From a virus: a stretch of DNA of 64,000 nt. Location: the IMG/VR virus record IMGVR_UViG_3300025108_000015, positions 114,234 through 178,233 of that record. One strand, written 5' to 3'. Below the pieces are notes generated by a model. The model did not search any database, was not told where the DNA came from, and saw only the letters and a program-made list of their open reading frames with translations. Positions 37,817-47,009 of this stretch are shown piece by piece. The position numbers were made by a program, and so were the translations under genes. Position 1 is the stretch's first letter, and every line of letters starts with the position of its first letter.

Positions 37817-39667
37817 ATGGCAGATAAATCACTATTTAATAGGTTAGGAAAATTATTCAACACTCAAGTTGTTGTCCGTAGGATTGGTAAGGGTCGTACC
37901 CAAACTATCGATACTCAAAGACTACAATCTCAGGGTAACCTCCGTGGTTCATCTTATTACGATAGGTTTGGTAGAATGCATACCTCTCGTAGAAATTGGG
38001 AAACGTATAACAATCAATTTAATTATCATTCAAATAAATTAGAACTATATACTGATTACGAAGCAATGGATAAAGATTCCATTCTAAACTCAGTATTAGA
38101 TATATACGCCGATGAGTGTACTCTAAAAAATGACATGGGTGATGTTCTTAGAATTAAAACTAATGACGAGAACGTAAAAAAGATTCTTCACAACCTATTT
38201 TACGATGTAATGAATATTGAGTTCAATCTTTGGGCTTGGATTCGTGGTATGAATAAATATGGTGACTACTTCCTACATCTTGATATTGAAGAAGGTGTTG
38301 GTATTGTAAACGTATCACCAATGTCAGCATACGAAGTAGAAAGAGAAGAAGGGTTTAATCCCGAAAACCCATACGAAGTAAGATTTAAATTAGGTTCAAT
38401 GGGTGCTGCTCATGGTGCAAGTGTAAACAAGAACGCTGATTACTTTGAGTTCTATCAAATCGCACATTTCCGTTTATTAGCAGATACAAACTTCCTTCCA
38501 TATGGTCGTTCGTTGCTAGAAGGTGCAAGAAAGACTTGGAAGCAGTTGACTCTTATGGAAGATGCTATGATGATTCATAGAATTATGAGAGCACCTGAAA
38601 GACGTACATTTAAAATTGATGTAGGTAACATTCCACCTGGTGAAGTTGATAACCACATGAGAGGTATCATTGACCAAATGAAGAAAGTACCATATCTTGA
38701 CCAAAATACTGGTGACTACAATCTCAAGTTTAATCTAATGAATATGTTAGATGATTACTACCTACCAGTTCGTGGTGGTCAAAGTGGTACTGAGATAGAT
38801 ACACTAAGTGGTATGGAATTCGGTGGTATTGATGATATAGAATACCTAAGAAATAGAATGATGGCTGCACTAAAAGTACCAAAAGCATTTATTGGGTACG
38901 ATGAGTCAGTTGAAGGTAAGGCAACTCTTGCACAAGAGGACATCAGATTCGCACGTTCAGTTGAGAGAATCCAAAAGATTGTTCTTTCTGAATTAACTAA
39001 GATTGCAATTGTTCACTTATATTCACAAGGTTACGAAAACGAAGACCTTGTTAACTTTGAGTTGGAACTTACAAACCCATCTATCATATACGAACAAGAG
39101 AAAGCTGCATTGTGGTCTGAGAAGGTATCATTGGTATCTGATATGAAAGACCTCAAAATGGTTTCTCAAGAATGGATGTATAAGAACATATTCAATATGA
39201 GTGATGATGAGTGGGCTCTTGAACAAGGTAAAGTTATTGGAGATTTAAAACTCGGATTTAGACAAGCTCAAATTGAAGATGAAGGTAATGATCCAGTTAA
39301 AACTGGCGAGTCATTTGGCACACCACACGATTTGGCACAAATGCATCAAACACCTAACGATGATGGTGGTTCTCCTGAAGGTGGGTTTGATGGCGCTGGT
39401 AGACCATCAACATCAGGTAACTATAAAACGGATGATAGTGCATTTGGCAGAGACCCACTTGGTCAAAAGACCGATATTAAACCAGCCGCAACATATCATA
39501 AGTATAAAAATTCACCACTTGCTTACGAGCAAACACAAGCTTTGAAATCATCTTTGAAAAACGTTAAACGCAAAACAACTAAGATTCTAAATGAATCTTT
39601 ATTAGAAGATGAAAAGGCTGAATCGGGTTTATTAGATGAGAGAAATCTTATCGATGACACGATTTGA
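37817..39667 (+). CDS. Portal protein (T4 gp20-like)
   Basis: YGRSLLEGARKTWKQLTLMEDAMMIHRIMRAPERRTFKIDVGN, DDYYLPVRGG..GTEIDTL and ALKVP. Confidence 0.95.
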   Translation: MADKSLFNRLGKLFNTQVVVRRIGKGRTQTIDTQRLQSQGNLRGSSYYDRFGRMHTSRRNWETYNNQFNYHSNKLELYTDYEAMDKDSILNSVLDIYADECTLKNDMGDVLRIKTNDENVKKILHNLFYDVMNIEFNLWAWIRGMNKYGDYFLHLDIEEGVGIVNVSPMSAYEVEREEGFNPENPYEVRFKLGSMGAAHGASVNKNADYFEFYQIAHFRLLADTNFLPYGRSLLEGARKTWKQLTLMEDAMMIHRIMRAPERRTFKIDVGNIPPGEVDNHMRGIIDQMKKVPYLDQNTGDYNLKFNLMNMLDDYYLPVRGGQSGTEIDTLSGMEFGGIDDIEYLRNRMMAALKVPKAFIGYDESVEGKATLAQEDIRFARSVERIQKIVLSELTKIAIVHLYSQGYENEDLVNFELELTNPSIIYEQEKAALWSEKVSLVSDMKDLKMVSQEWMYKNIFNMSDDEWALEQGKVIGDLKLGFRQAQIEDEGNDPVKTGESFGTPHDLAQMHQTPNDDGGSPEGGFDGAGRPSTSGNYKTDDSAFGRDPLGQKTDIKPAATYHKYKNSPLAYEQTQALKSSLKNVKRKTTKILNESLLEDEKAESGLLDERNLIDDTI

Positions 39668-39677
39668 TGAGTTTTTA

Positions 39678-39687
39678 CATATTTATA
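39678..39687 (+). promoter_or_regulatory. Putative late promoter motif
   Basis: CATATTTATA upstream of 39717. Confidence 0.55.
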
Positions 39688-39716
39688 AATTGGAATAGTA
39701 ATAGATAAGGTTTACA

Positions 39717-40562
39717 ATGGCCAAATTAAAACACAGCAAGTTTAAAAATACGGGTATTCTATTTGAATTACTCGTAAAGCAAATCGCATCCGATACACTT
39801 GCGAACAAAGATTCTCTTGCCTTGGAAATAATAAAGAAACATTTCAAAAGAGGTACTGAATTAAACAAAGAGTTAAAATTGTATCAATCTTTAACTAAAG
39901 AAAACTTCGATAACCAATATCAGGCTCAGGAGTTTTTAAATATTGTATTGGAAGAACGTGGTAGTTTAAATGAGGGTATTCTTCGTAGACAAAAGTATAA
40001 TTTGATTAAATCAATCAAAGAGTCATTTGTTATGGAGGACTTCTTTAAATATCGTGTTACTAATTATCGTGAAATGGCATCGGTTTACAAAATGTTTGAA
40101 AATACAAGTTTGACATCTCCAAAAGAGTACGTTACTTGTAAAAATACAATACTCGAAGTAATCACTAAATCAAATGTTGAGATTGTAACTGAATCTGATA
40201 ATACTGAGTATAACAACCAATCTAAAGAAGTTAGGTTGTTGGCTTATAAGTTCTTGGTTGAATCATTTAACTCAAAGTACACAACTTTATCAGAAGAACA
40301 AAAGATGATTTTAAAGAATTATATCAACAACGTTGATAATTCAACTAAATTAAAGTCATTTGTTATAACTGAAGTTAAGAAACTAAAGAAAAGTTTCAAA
40401 GCAGTAGATGTATCGGATAAAGTAGCACAAATAAAACTAAATGAAACTGTAAATCTTATTGATAACATTACAAATTCTAAAATAATCAATGAGAATCAGA
40501 TTTTATCTCTTCTAAGATATCATGAACTTTTACAAGAGTTACGGAGGGTTTCAAATGTCTAA
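39717..40562 (+). CDS. Head-cluster hypothetical protein
   Basis: Helical ORF between the portal and prohead protease genes. Confidence 0.7.
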   Translation: MAKLKHSKFKNTGILFELLVKQIASDTLANKDSLALEIIKKHFKRGTELNKELKLYQSLTKENFDNQYQAQEFLNIVLEERGSLNEGILRRQKYNLIKSIKESFVMEDFFKYRVTNYREMASVYKMFENTSLTSPKEYVTCKNTILEVITKSNVEIVTESDNTEYNNQSKEVRLLAYKFLVESFNSKYTTLSEEQKMILKNYINNVDNSTKLKSFVITEVKKLKKSFKAVDVSDKVAQIKLNETVNLIDNITNSKIINENQILSLLRYHELLQELRRVSNV

Positions 40563-41085
40563 ATTCTTACTAGAACAATTGGAAGGTAAGTTTGAAGAGC
40601 TGGAGTCAATCGAAACTCTTAAAGAGGAAGAGGTAGATGAGGCTAATGTAACATCTAATATGGATGGGGGAGCAGGCCCACCTAAAACTCCTAACGCATT
40701 TGCAAAGAGTGAAGATGAAGATGATTTGGATACTGACCACATAGAGGTACTTGGTTATAAAAAACCAAAGAAAACAAAAAAGATAAATACGGAGTCTAAA
40801 ACTATGAAGAAATTAGAAGATAAGCTAGAACGTATAATCGAAGCTACTTATAGAGATTACAAAAAAGATGACTCTATGAAGGCACATCAAAAAGTAAATA
40901 AATCTATCAAAGAGATTAATCGAATGATGTACGAAGTTGAAAAGATTGTAAATCAGAACACTAAGTTAAAAAATGAAATGGGTGTATCTAATGAACAATA
41001 TTGGAAGTCTACACAAAAAAGATTCGGTAAGATTTCAGAAAGAATGTTAAAAGTTGCTCGTAACTTAAAAGAATTGAGCGCATAG
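40555..41085 (+). CDS. Head-cluster protein (possible prohead core component)
   Basis: ATG at 40555 with GGAGG SD preferred over 40522; VDE|A site, acidic N-half and coiled-coil C-half. Confidence 0.65.
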   Translation: MSKFLLEQLEGKFEELESIETLKEEEVDEANVTSNMDGGAGPPKTPNAFAKSEDEDDLDTDHIEVLGYKKPKKTKKINTESKTMKKLEDKLERIIEATYRDYKKDDSMKAHQKVNKSIKEINRMMYEVEKIVNQNTKLKNEMGVSNEQYWKSTQKRFGKISERMLKVARNLKELSA

Positions 41086-41086
41086 T

Positions 41087-41227
41087 ATGTCGTGTGGGTG
41101 TAATAAAAATAAATTAAACGAAGACCTCGAAGTACAAGACCTCGAAGATATCAGACTATTGATACGTAGAGAACTTGCAAGAGTGTTCTTTGATTTATAT
41201 CGTAAGAAAAAGGTGTGGGAAAACTAA
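41087..41227 (+). CDS. 46-aa small protein missing from the ORF track
   Basis: MSCGCNKNKLNEDLEVQDLEDIRLLIRRELARVFFDLYRKKKVWEN*; fills the gap exactly, 1 nt from each neighbour. Confidence 0.6.
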   Translation: MSCGCNKNKLNEDLEVQDLEDIRLLIRRELARVFFDLYRKKKVWEN

Positions 41228-41228
41228 G

Positions 41229-41867
41229 ATGAAACAACTACTTGTAGATACAATGATATTTGAAGTAACACCTACTATGTTACAAGAAGCAAAGGACCAG
41301 ACTGGTCGTTTCTTAGTAAATGGTGTGTTACAACGTGCTGATGCTAAAAACCAAAATGGTAGAGTGTATCCACGTAACATCTTAGAACGTGAAGTAAAGA
41401 AATACCAAGGACGTGAAATCAAAGAGAATCGTGCTTATGGTGAATTGGACCATCCTGAAAGTGGTGTAGTCGAATTAAAGAACACATCACACATTATCCG
41501 TGAAGTATCATGGAATGGTGATGATGTTGTTGGAACAGTTGAAATACTAAATACACCAGCTGGAAAGATTTTACAAGAATTAGTAAAAGCTGGGTGTACT
41601 GTTGGTATCTCGTCAAGAGGTATGGGTTCCGTAAAACAAATTGGTGAAGACACCGTCGCAGTAGAACAAGACTTTGATTTGATATGTTGGGACTTTGTTT
41701 CTAACCCATCAACTCATGGAGCATTTCTCTCACCAACAAACGAGGGTACGATAAACGAATCGGTTACTGTTAAAAAGAATACTTATAAATACAATAAAGC
41801 TAACAATATGATGAGAGACATCATGTGTGAGGTTGGTGGATATTGTGAATGTGATTTTGGAGTATAA
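41229..41867 (+). CDS. Prohead core protein protease (T4 gp21-like)
   Basis: NQNGRVYP, GELDHP, GISSRGMGS and DFVSNPS; start at 41229 (MKQLL) preferred over 41175. Confidence 0.92.
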   Translation: MKQLLVDTMIFEVTPTMLQEAKDQTGRFLVNGVLQRADAKNQNGRVYPRNILEREVKKYQGREIKENRAYGELDHPESGVVELKNTSHIIREVSWNGDDVVGTVEILNTPAGKILQELVKAGCTVGISSRGMGSVKQIGEDTVAVEQDFDLICWDFVSNPSTHGAFLSPTNEGTINESVTVKKNTYKYNKANNMMRDIMCEVGGYCECDFGV

Positions 41868-42844
41868 TGAAAAATTTAAAAGAACTACTAAACGAATCTA
41901 CATACAAACGTATGAAGATAAACGATGAAGAAACCCAAAAGGGAATGACTAACGAAGAAAAGCGTGAATTCCTTAAAGCTGTTTCTGAATACAAGAAATT
42001 CGGTGAGTCAATCTATCGTTCAGGTAATTTGGGAGAAGTATACGAATCTATTAAAGGTATCGTAGAGACTGCACACAAGGTAACTCTTGAGGAAACTGGA
42101 GATTGGTTTGACAAGGTAACTGTTGGTAGACACATGAAGTCTATGAATGAGTCATTCAAAGTATTTACTAATACAATCAAAGAAGTAAATACCCTACAAC
42201 AAAGACTTGAGTCTTGTTACGATGAGATGGGTGAAGTTCTTGGTAAGTATTACGAAATCAAAGAAGGTAACGAATTCGGCGCTGCAAGAGCGAAAGCAAT
42301 TGCTAATGGTGATGATGAGTTCGAAGTAGATGGTAAAGAATTTCCAGTAAAAGACGTTGATAAGGACGACAAGGAAAACGCTAAAGAATTCGCTAAAGAA
42401 TCTGTAAATGAAGAATCGTCAATGAAGCTAACTGATATACTAAGTGAAAACAAATACTCAATCATAGACCCAAAGGGAAACCAAAAGGGTATTGGTACCA
42501 AAGACCAAGCAAATAAACTACAAAAGAAATTAGGTGGTTCTAAAAAAGGATACTTTGTAGTTGCTGCTAAATCGGCATTGAAAGCCAGAAGAGCAATGGA
42601 AAAGTATCAGTTTGATTTTAAAAACCCTAAACTTCAAGATAAGATGTCTGACCTTTACTTTGAATCAGTAACCGAAGATATTATTGGAGAAGGTGCTTCT
42701 AGCGAAGAAAAAAGAATTGTGATGTTGGCAGTTCGTAAAATATCAAAATATCGTCAAGTACCAATTAATATATCAGTTGTAGATGTATTAAGAGCTGCAG
42801 AAGAACTTGAAAGAGATATCAAAAAAGGTAAGGTTAAGAAATAA
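41867..42844 (+). CDS. Putative internal head/core polyprotein
   Basis: Leader MKNLKELLNE|S; internal IKE|G, ESVNE|ESSMKLTDILSE|N and ESVTE|DIIGE|G. Confidence 0.6.
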   Translation: MKNLKELLNESTYKRMKINDEETQKGMTNEEKREFLKAVSEYKKFGESIYRSGNLGEVYESIKGIVETAHKVTLEETGDWFDKVTVGRHMKSMNESFKVFTNTIKEVNTLQQRLESCYDEMGEVLGKYYEIKEGNEFGAARAKAIANGDDEFEVDGKEFPVKDVDKDDKENAKEFAKESVNEESSMKLTDILSENKYSIIDPKGNQKGIGTKDQANKLQKKLGGSKKGYFVVAAKSALKARRAMEKYQFDFKNPKLQDKMSDLYFESVTEDIIGEGASSEEKRIVMLAVRKISKYRQVPINISVVDVLRAAEELERDIKKGKVKK

Positions 42845-43002
42845 TGAATCGTGATTTAGAACGACTTCAAGAAATAAGTGTTGATTTTTCATCATTTATC
42901 AAAAAGAACCTTAAAAAGATTAAGAGGTTACCAGCCGATAAACAAAAAGAATTTGGAAATCTTATATCTGATTTTAAAGATGGTTTAGATAAAATGTCTT
43001 AA
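42844..43002 (+). CDS. 52-aa small protein missing from the ORF track
   Basis: MNRDLERLQEISVDFSSFIKKNLKKIKRLPADKQKEFGNLISDFKDGLDKMS*; TAATG coupling. Confidence 0.6.
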   Translation: MNRDLERLQEISVDFSSFIKKNLKKIKRLPADKQKEFGNLISDFKDGLDKMS

Positions 43003-43016
43003 TTAACTTTACAAAC

Positions 43017-43026
43017 ACTATTTATA
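43017..43026 (+). promoter_or_regulatory. Putative late promoter motif for bS21
   Basis: ACTATTTATA directly before a hairpin and the bS21 gene. Confidence 0.5.
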
Positions 43027-43058
43027 GACACCTATCGTTAGTTCGATGGGTGTTTTTT
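43027..43058 (+). terminator. Rho-independent terminator or attenuator-like hairpin
   Basis: GACACCTATCG-TTAGTT-CGATGGGTGTT followed by a T run. Confidence 0.7.
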
Positions 43059-43076
43059 GTTTATTAAATAAAATAT

Positions 43077-43334
43077 ATGTCATACAAACGAGAAAAAAAA
43101 GTAAGAAAAGAACGTGAGGAGTTATTCCTATATGGTCATGCTAATGGTGTAAGGGTTATTAATAATAACATTGAAGCAGCACTTAGAAAGTGGAAACGTA
43201 TTATGAAAGATAATGGTGTAATTGACCTTATCAAGCAAAATAGGGAATACACTAAACCGACTACACGTAAACGTAAACAAATGAATGATGCTAGACGAGC
43301 TGATTGGGTCCGTAGACAACAAGAAGCAAGATAA
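43077..43334 (+). CDS. rpsU: Phage-encoded 30S ribosomal protein bS21 homolog with an N-terminal extension
   Basis: VRVINNNIEAALRKWKR ... REYTKPTTRKRK fits the bS21 pattern; the position among terL/portal/core/MCP matches described bS21 phages. Confidence 0.85.
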   Translation: MSYKREKKVRKEREELFLYGHANGVRVINNNIEAALRKWKRIMKDNGVIDLIKQNREYTKPTTRKRKQMNDARRADWVRRQQEAR

Positions 43335-43367
43335 TAGTAAACACTTTATCGTTTATTGTAAAATTTA

Positions 43368-43377
43368 CATACTTATT
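43368..43377 (+). promoter_or_regulatory. Putative late promoter motif for the scaffold/MCP operon
   Basis: CATACTTATT; the downstream leader has two hairpins and an AGGAGGT SD at 43474-43480. Confidence 0.55.
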
Positions 43378-43485
43378 GTAAATTAATATCACTCCAATCT
43401 AATGAGTGATTCATATTATATTATTATATTCTATTAAGATTTAAAATAATCTTATTATCCAAAAGTTTAATTTAGGAGGTAACAA

Positions 43486-44547
43486 ATGAAATCAGATTTG
43501 TTAAAAGAAGCAATCGCCGATGCTAAAGCCGTAAAAGAAACTGCATTAGCAAACGCAAAAATGGCTCTCGAAGAGGCATTTACTCCAAAACTCCAATCTA
43601 TGCTTTCTCATAAACTAGCTGAAGAGTTAGATGAAGAAGAAATCGAAGAAGACGAAATGGAAGAAATGATGAAATCCGAAACGGATGACGAAGTTTCTGA
43701 AATGGAAGATGAAATGAAATCTGAAGAGGAAGAAATGGAAGAAGAGTTAGAATCAGATGAAGAAGAAGAGGTAGCTGATATCGCTTCTGACGAAATCGAT
43801 TCTCACGAAGAGGAAATGCATTCTGAAGAAGAAGCTGACGAAGAAGCTGACGAAGAAGCTGAAGACGAAGCTCAAGTAGAAGATGAAGTAGAAGAGATGA
43901 TGGATGAAGAGGAAGAAGATGAACTCGACCTTGAATCAGTAATCGCTGAACTTGAAGCTGCTATGGAAGGTGAAGATTTAGACGAAGAAGAAGTTGAAGA
44001 AACTGAAGAAGTTGAAGAAACTGAAAAAGTTGAAGAAGTAATGGAATCAGAAGAAGAAGTTGAAGAGTCGGAAGAACTTGACGAAGAACTTTCTTTGGAA
44101 GAAATCATTTCTACTTTGAAAGAAATGTCTGAAGAAGAAGAAGTTGAAGAAACTTACGAATCGGAAGAAGTTGAAGAAGTAGAAGAATCAACGGAATTGG
44201 AAGAAGCATACGCTACTATCGAGTCGTTGAGAGGTACTATCAATGAGGTAAACTTATTGAATGCTAAACTTCTTTACACTAACAAGTTGTTCAGAACATT
44301 CGACTTGAACGAAGGTCAGAAGATGAAAGTCATCGAAAACTTCGATAGAGCTGAATCTTTGAGAGAAGTAAAATTGGTATTCGCTACATTGGGTGAAAAC
44401 TTGAATGTTGCAAGAAAACCAAAAACAGTTGTAAAAGAATCACTAGCGTCTAAGCCTATGGCATCGACTGCACCTAAGAAAGAAATCATTTCTGAAGGTA
44501 ATGCTGTTGCTGATAGATTTAAGAAGCTTGCTGGTTTAATTAAATAA
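43486..44547 (+). CDS. Prohead core scaffolding protein (gp22-like)
   Basis: Extremely Glu/Asp-rich middle flanked by helical ends; directly upstream of the MCP. Confidence 0.8.
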   Translation: MKSDLLKEAIADAKAVKETALANAKMALEEAFTPKLQSMLSHKLAEELDEEEIEEDEMEEMMKSETDDEVSEMEDEMKSEEEEMEEELESDEEEEVADIASDEIDSHEEEMHSEEEADEEADEEAEDEAQVEDEVEEMMDEEEEDELDLESVIAELEAAMEGEDLDEEEVEETEEVEETEKVEEVMESEEEVEESEELDEELSLEEIISTLKEMSEEEEVEETYESEEVEEVEESTELEEAYATIESLRGTINEVNLLNAKLLYTNKLFRTFDLNEGQKMKVIENFDRAESLREVKLVFATLGENLNVARKPKTVVKESLASKPMASTAPKKEIISEGNAVADRFKKLAGLIK

Positions 44548-44577
44548 TTAAAAAACTAAAAGAAAAGGATTAATAAG

Positions 44578-46176
44578 ATGAACACAAATTCTCTATTAAA
44601 CGAATCTGCTGGTTTCAACAAAAAAATGAGCGAAGAGGCTAAAGGCCTTGTAGCCAAGTGGGAAAAAACTGGTCTTTTGGAAGGCGTTGACGCTGACTTC
44701 GAAAGAGCAAGTATTGCTACATTGTTGGAAAACCAAGCAAAGCAATTAGTATCTGAAGCATCAAGCACAGGTACTGCTGCAAACTCTGAAGAGTGGGCCG
44801 GTGTCGCTCTTCCATTAGTAAGACGTATCTTCAGCGAAATCGCTGCAAAAGAATTCGTCTCAGTACAACCAATGAACCTACCTTCAGGTCTTGTATTCTA
44901 TCTTGACTTCAAGTATGGTACTCCTCAGCCGGGTTTCGAAACTGGTGCTGGTAAGAATTCACAAACTGATTCAGTATTCGGTGTTACCGAAGTTGCTGGT
45001 GACGTTTCTGAAGGTCTTTATGGTGCAGGTCGTTTCGGATACTCTATCAATGAAGATGAGTCTGCTGCACAAGAGTTGGAAGCTGCTGTTGGAACAAACG
45101 ATTACGCTACTGCATCGTTGGCAATGTCTGACATCAACTACGATTCAGCATTCTCTCAATCAGTATGGGCTGTTCACGATACTGACCTCGTAACTGTTGC
45201 TATTCAAACTGCGTCTATCGCAAACTTCGATAGTGAAGGTGTACGTGCATTCTCACTCGAAGGTGTTGACGAGTACTACGCTGAGTACACTCGTTTAGCT
45301 GGTGAAAACATCGTATTCGTTGCTCGTGATACTGCATTTGGTAATGTAACTGTTAAATATCAGAAACAACCAACTGACATCACTCGTGGTGACTTCGAAG
45401 ACAAAACTGGTGCTGACATAGGTATTCCAGAATTGAACGTAGAGCTACGCTCTGTACCAATCGTTGCTAAGACTCGTAAGTTGAAAGCACAATGGACGCC
45501 GGAATTCGCTCAAGATTTGAACGCATACCACTCAATCGATGCTGAAGCTGAATTGACTTCAATGTTGTCTGAATACGTATCTCAAGAAATCGACCTCGAA
45601 ATCTTAGATATGTTGATGGAAAACGCATTGACTGAAGGTCACTGGTCTGCTAAAGTAGGTTCTTCATGGAATGGTTCAGCATTTACTGCACCTGCAGCAA
45701 ATGACGTACAACGTTACACTCAACAACAATGGTTCCAAACTCTTGGTACTGTTCTTCAGAGAGTATCTAACCAAATTCATGCTAAGACCATGAGAGGTGG
45801 AGCTAACTTTATGGTAGTTTCTCCTGACGTTGCAACTATCTTGGAATCAATCCCAGGATTTGCTGCTAATGGTACTGGTGCTGATATGCAATTCGCAATG
45901 GGTGTATCTCAAGTAGGTTCATTCGCGAATCGTTACCAAGTATACAAAAACCCATATTTGACATCTAATGTCGTATTGATGGGCTTCAAGGGTGCTCAAT
46001 TCTTGGAAACTGGCGCAGTTTACGCTCCATACATTCCATTAATCATGACTCCGTTGGTATATGACCCAACAAACTTCACTCCAAGAAAAGGTGTAATGAC
46101 ACGTTACGCTAAGCAAATGGTAAGAGGTGAGTTCTACGGTAAGGTATACGTTAATGGTTTAGAAACACTCGCATAG
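44578..46176 (+). CDS. Major capsid protein (T4 gp23-like)
   Basis: VSVQPMNLPSGLVFYL, AKTRKLKAQWTPEFAQDLNAYH..DAEAEL, YAPYIPL and PRKGVMTRYA; probable maturation site LVSE60|A61. Confidence 0.96.
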   Translation: MNTNSLLNESAGFNKKMSEEAKGLVAKWEKTGLLEGVDADFERASIATLLENQAKQLVSEASSTGTAANSEEWAGVALPLVRRIFSEIAAKEFVSVQPMNLPSGLVFYLDFKYGTPQPGFETGAGKNSQTDSVFGVTEVAGDVSEGLYGAGRFGYSINEDESAAQELEAAVGTNDYATASLAMSDINYDSAFSQSVWAVHDTDLVTVAIQTASIANFDSEGVRAFSLEGVDEYYAEYTRLAGENIVFVARDTAFGNVTVKYQKQPTDITRGDFEDKTGADIGIPELNVELRSVPIVAKTRKLKAQWTPEFAQDLNAYHSIDAEAELTSMLSEYVSQEIDLEILDMLMENALTEGHWSAKVGSSWNGSAFTAPAANDVQRYTQQQWFQTLGTVLQRVSNQIHAKTMRGGANFMVVSPDVATILESIPGFAANGTGADMQFAMGVSQVGSFANRYQVYKNPYLTSNVVLMGFKGAQFLETGAVYAPYIPLIMTPLVYDPTNFTPRKGVMTRYAKQMVRGEFYGKVYVNGLETLA

Positions 46177-46204
46177 TAGTACGTTTTTAAATTAAAACCA
46201 AATT

Positions 46205-46230
46205 AAGGGGGACTTCGGTCCCCCTTTTTT
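46205..46230 (+). terminator. Rho-independent terminator after the MCP
   Basis: AAGGGGGAC-TTCG-GTCCCCCTT followed by a T run (cUUCGg tetraloop). Confidence 0.95.
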
Positions 46231-46241
46231 ATTGCCCAAGT

Positions 46242-46251
46242 CATACTTATA
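46242..46251 (+). promoter_or_regulatory. Putative late promoter motif
   Basis: CATACTTATA just after the MCP terminator, upstream of phoH. Confidence 0.55.
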
Positions 46252-46287
46252 CTAAAGTAATTGTTATATTAGTAAAGGACATCGAGT

Positions 46288-46950
46288 ATGCCAGAGAATA
46301 CAGAAAAGAGAGTTCCGAAGGGGAATATAAAATTTTCAATAACGTTATCAGACGAGCAAAAGTTAACAAAGTCTGAGATTAGAAAACACCCATTTAGTTT
46401 TGTTTTAGGAAAGGCTGGTAGTGGTAAAACATTAGTGGCAGTCCAAATAGCTTTAGATTCGTTCTTTAAACGGGAAGTAAATAAGATAGTAATAACACGA
46501 CCAACTGTTTCCAATGAGGATAATGGATTTCTACCAGGTTCACTCGAAGAAAAGATGGAACCTTGGTTAGTACCAATTCGTTCCAATATGAGAAAGGTTT
46601 ATAACAAACCAGCCATTTTAGAAAAGATGGAAAAGGATGAGAGTATTGAGTTGGTATCACTATCACACTTTAGAGGTAGAACATTTGACAACGCAATTGT
46701 TATAGTAGATGAGTTTCAAAACTTAACCAAACAACAACTTGGTATGGTATTAGGTAGATTGGGTAAAAACTCTCGAATGATATTATGTGGAGATGGTCAG
46801 CAAATTGATTTAAAATTCAATAACGACTCTGCTATTCATGATGTACCAAAACTAAAAGAATCTACATTTGTACACACTGTTACCTTGAAAGATAATCATA
46901 GACACGAATCGTTAGATGAAGTTTTAAGATTATTATACTCTATTCAATAG
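46288..46950 (+). CDS. phoH: PhoH-family ATPase
   Basis: GKAGSGKT, ITRP, GFLPGSLEEKMEPW, FRGRTFDNAIVIVDEFQN, GDGQQID and HRH. Confidence 0.93.
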   Translation: MPENTEKRVPKGNIKFSITLSDEQKLTKSEIRKHPFSFVLGKAGSGKTLVAVQIALDSFFKREVNKIVITRPTVSNEDNGFLPGSLEEKMEPWLVPIRSNMRKVYNKPAILEKMEKDESIELVSLSHFRGRTFDNAIVIVDEFQNLTKQQLGMVLGRLGKNSRMILCGDGQQIDLKFNNDSAIHDVPKLKESTFVHTVTLKDNHRHESLDEVLRLLYSIQ

Positions 46951-46966
46951 TTCTAATCAATTTGTT

Positions 46967-46976
46967 ACTATTTATA
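46967..46976 (+). promoter_or_regulatory. Putative late promoter motif
   Basis: ACTATTTATA upstream of 47010. Confidence 0.5.
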
Positions 46977-47009
46977 TATTGAGGAAACGGATAATTATCG
47001 GAGATTTAT

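Noticed and set aside
43640-44200. Glu-rich low-complexity repeats (GAAGAAGTTGAAGAA)
   Set aside because: Expected acidic region of a T4-like scaffold protein, not a separate element
36169-46176. Introns or inteins in terL, portal or MCP
   Set aside because: The ORFs are continuous and of normal length, with contiguous motifs
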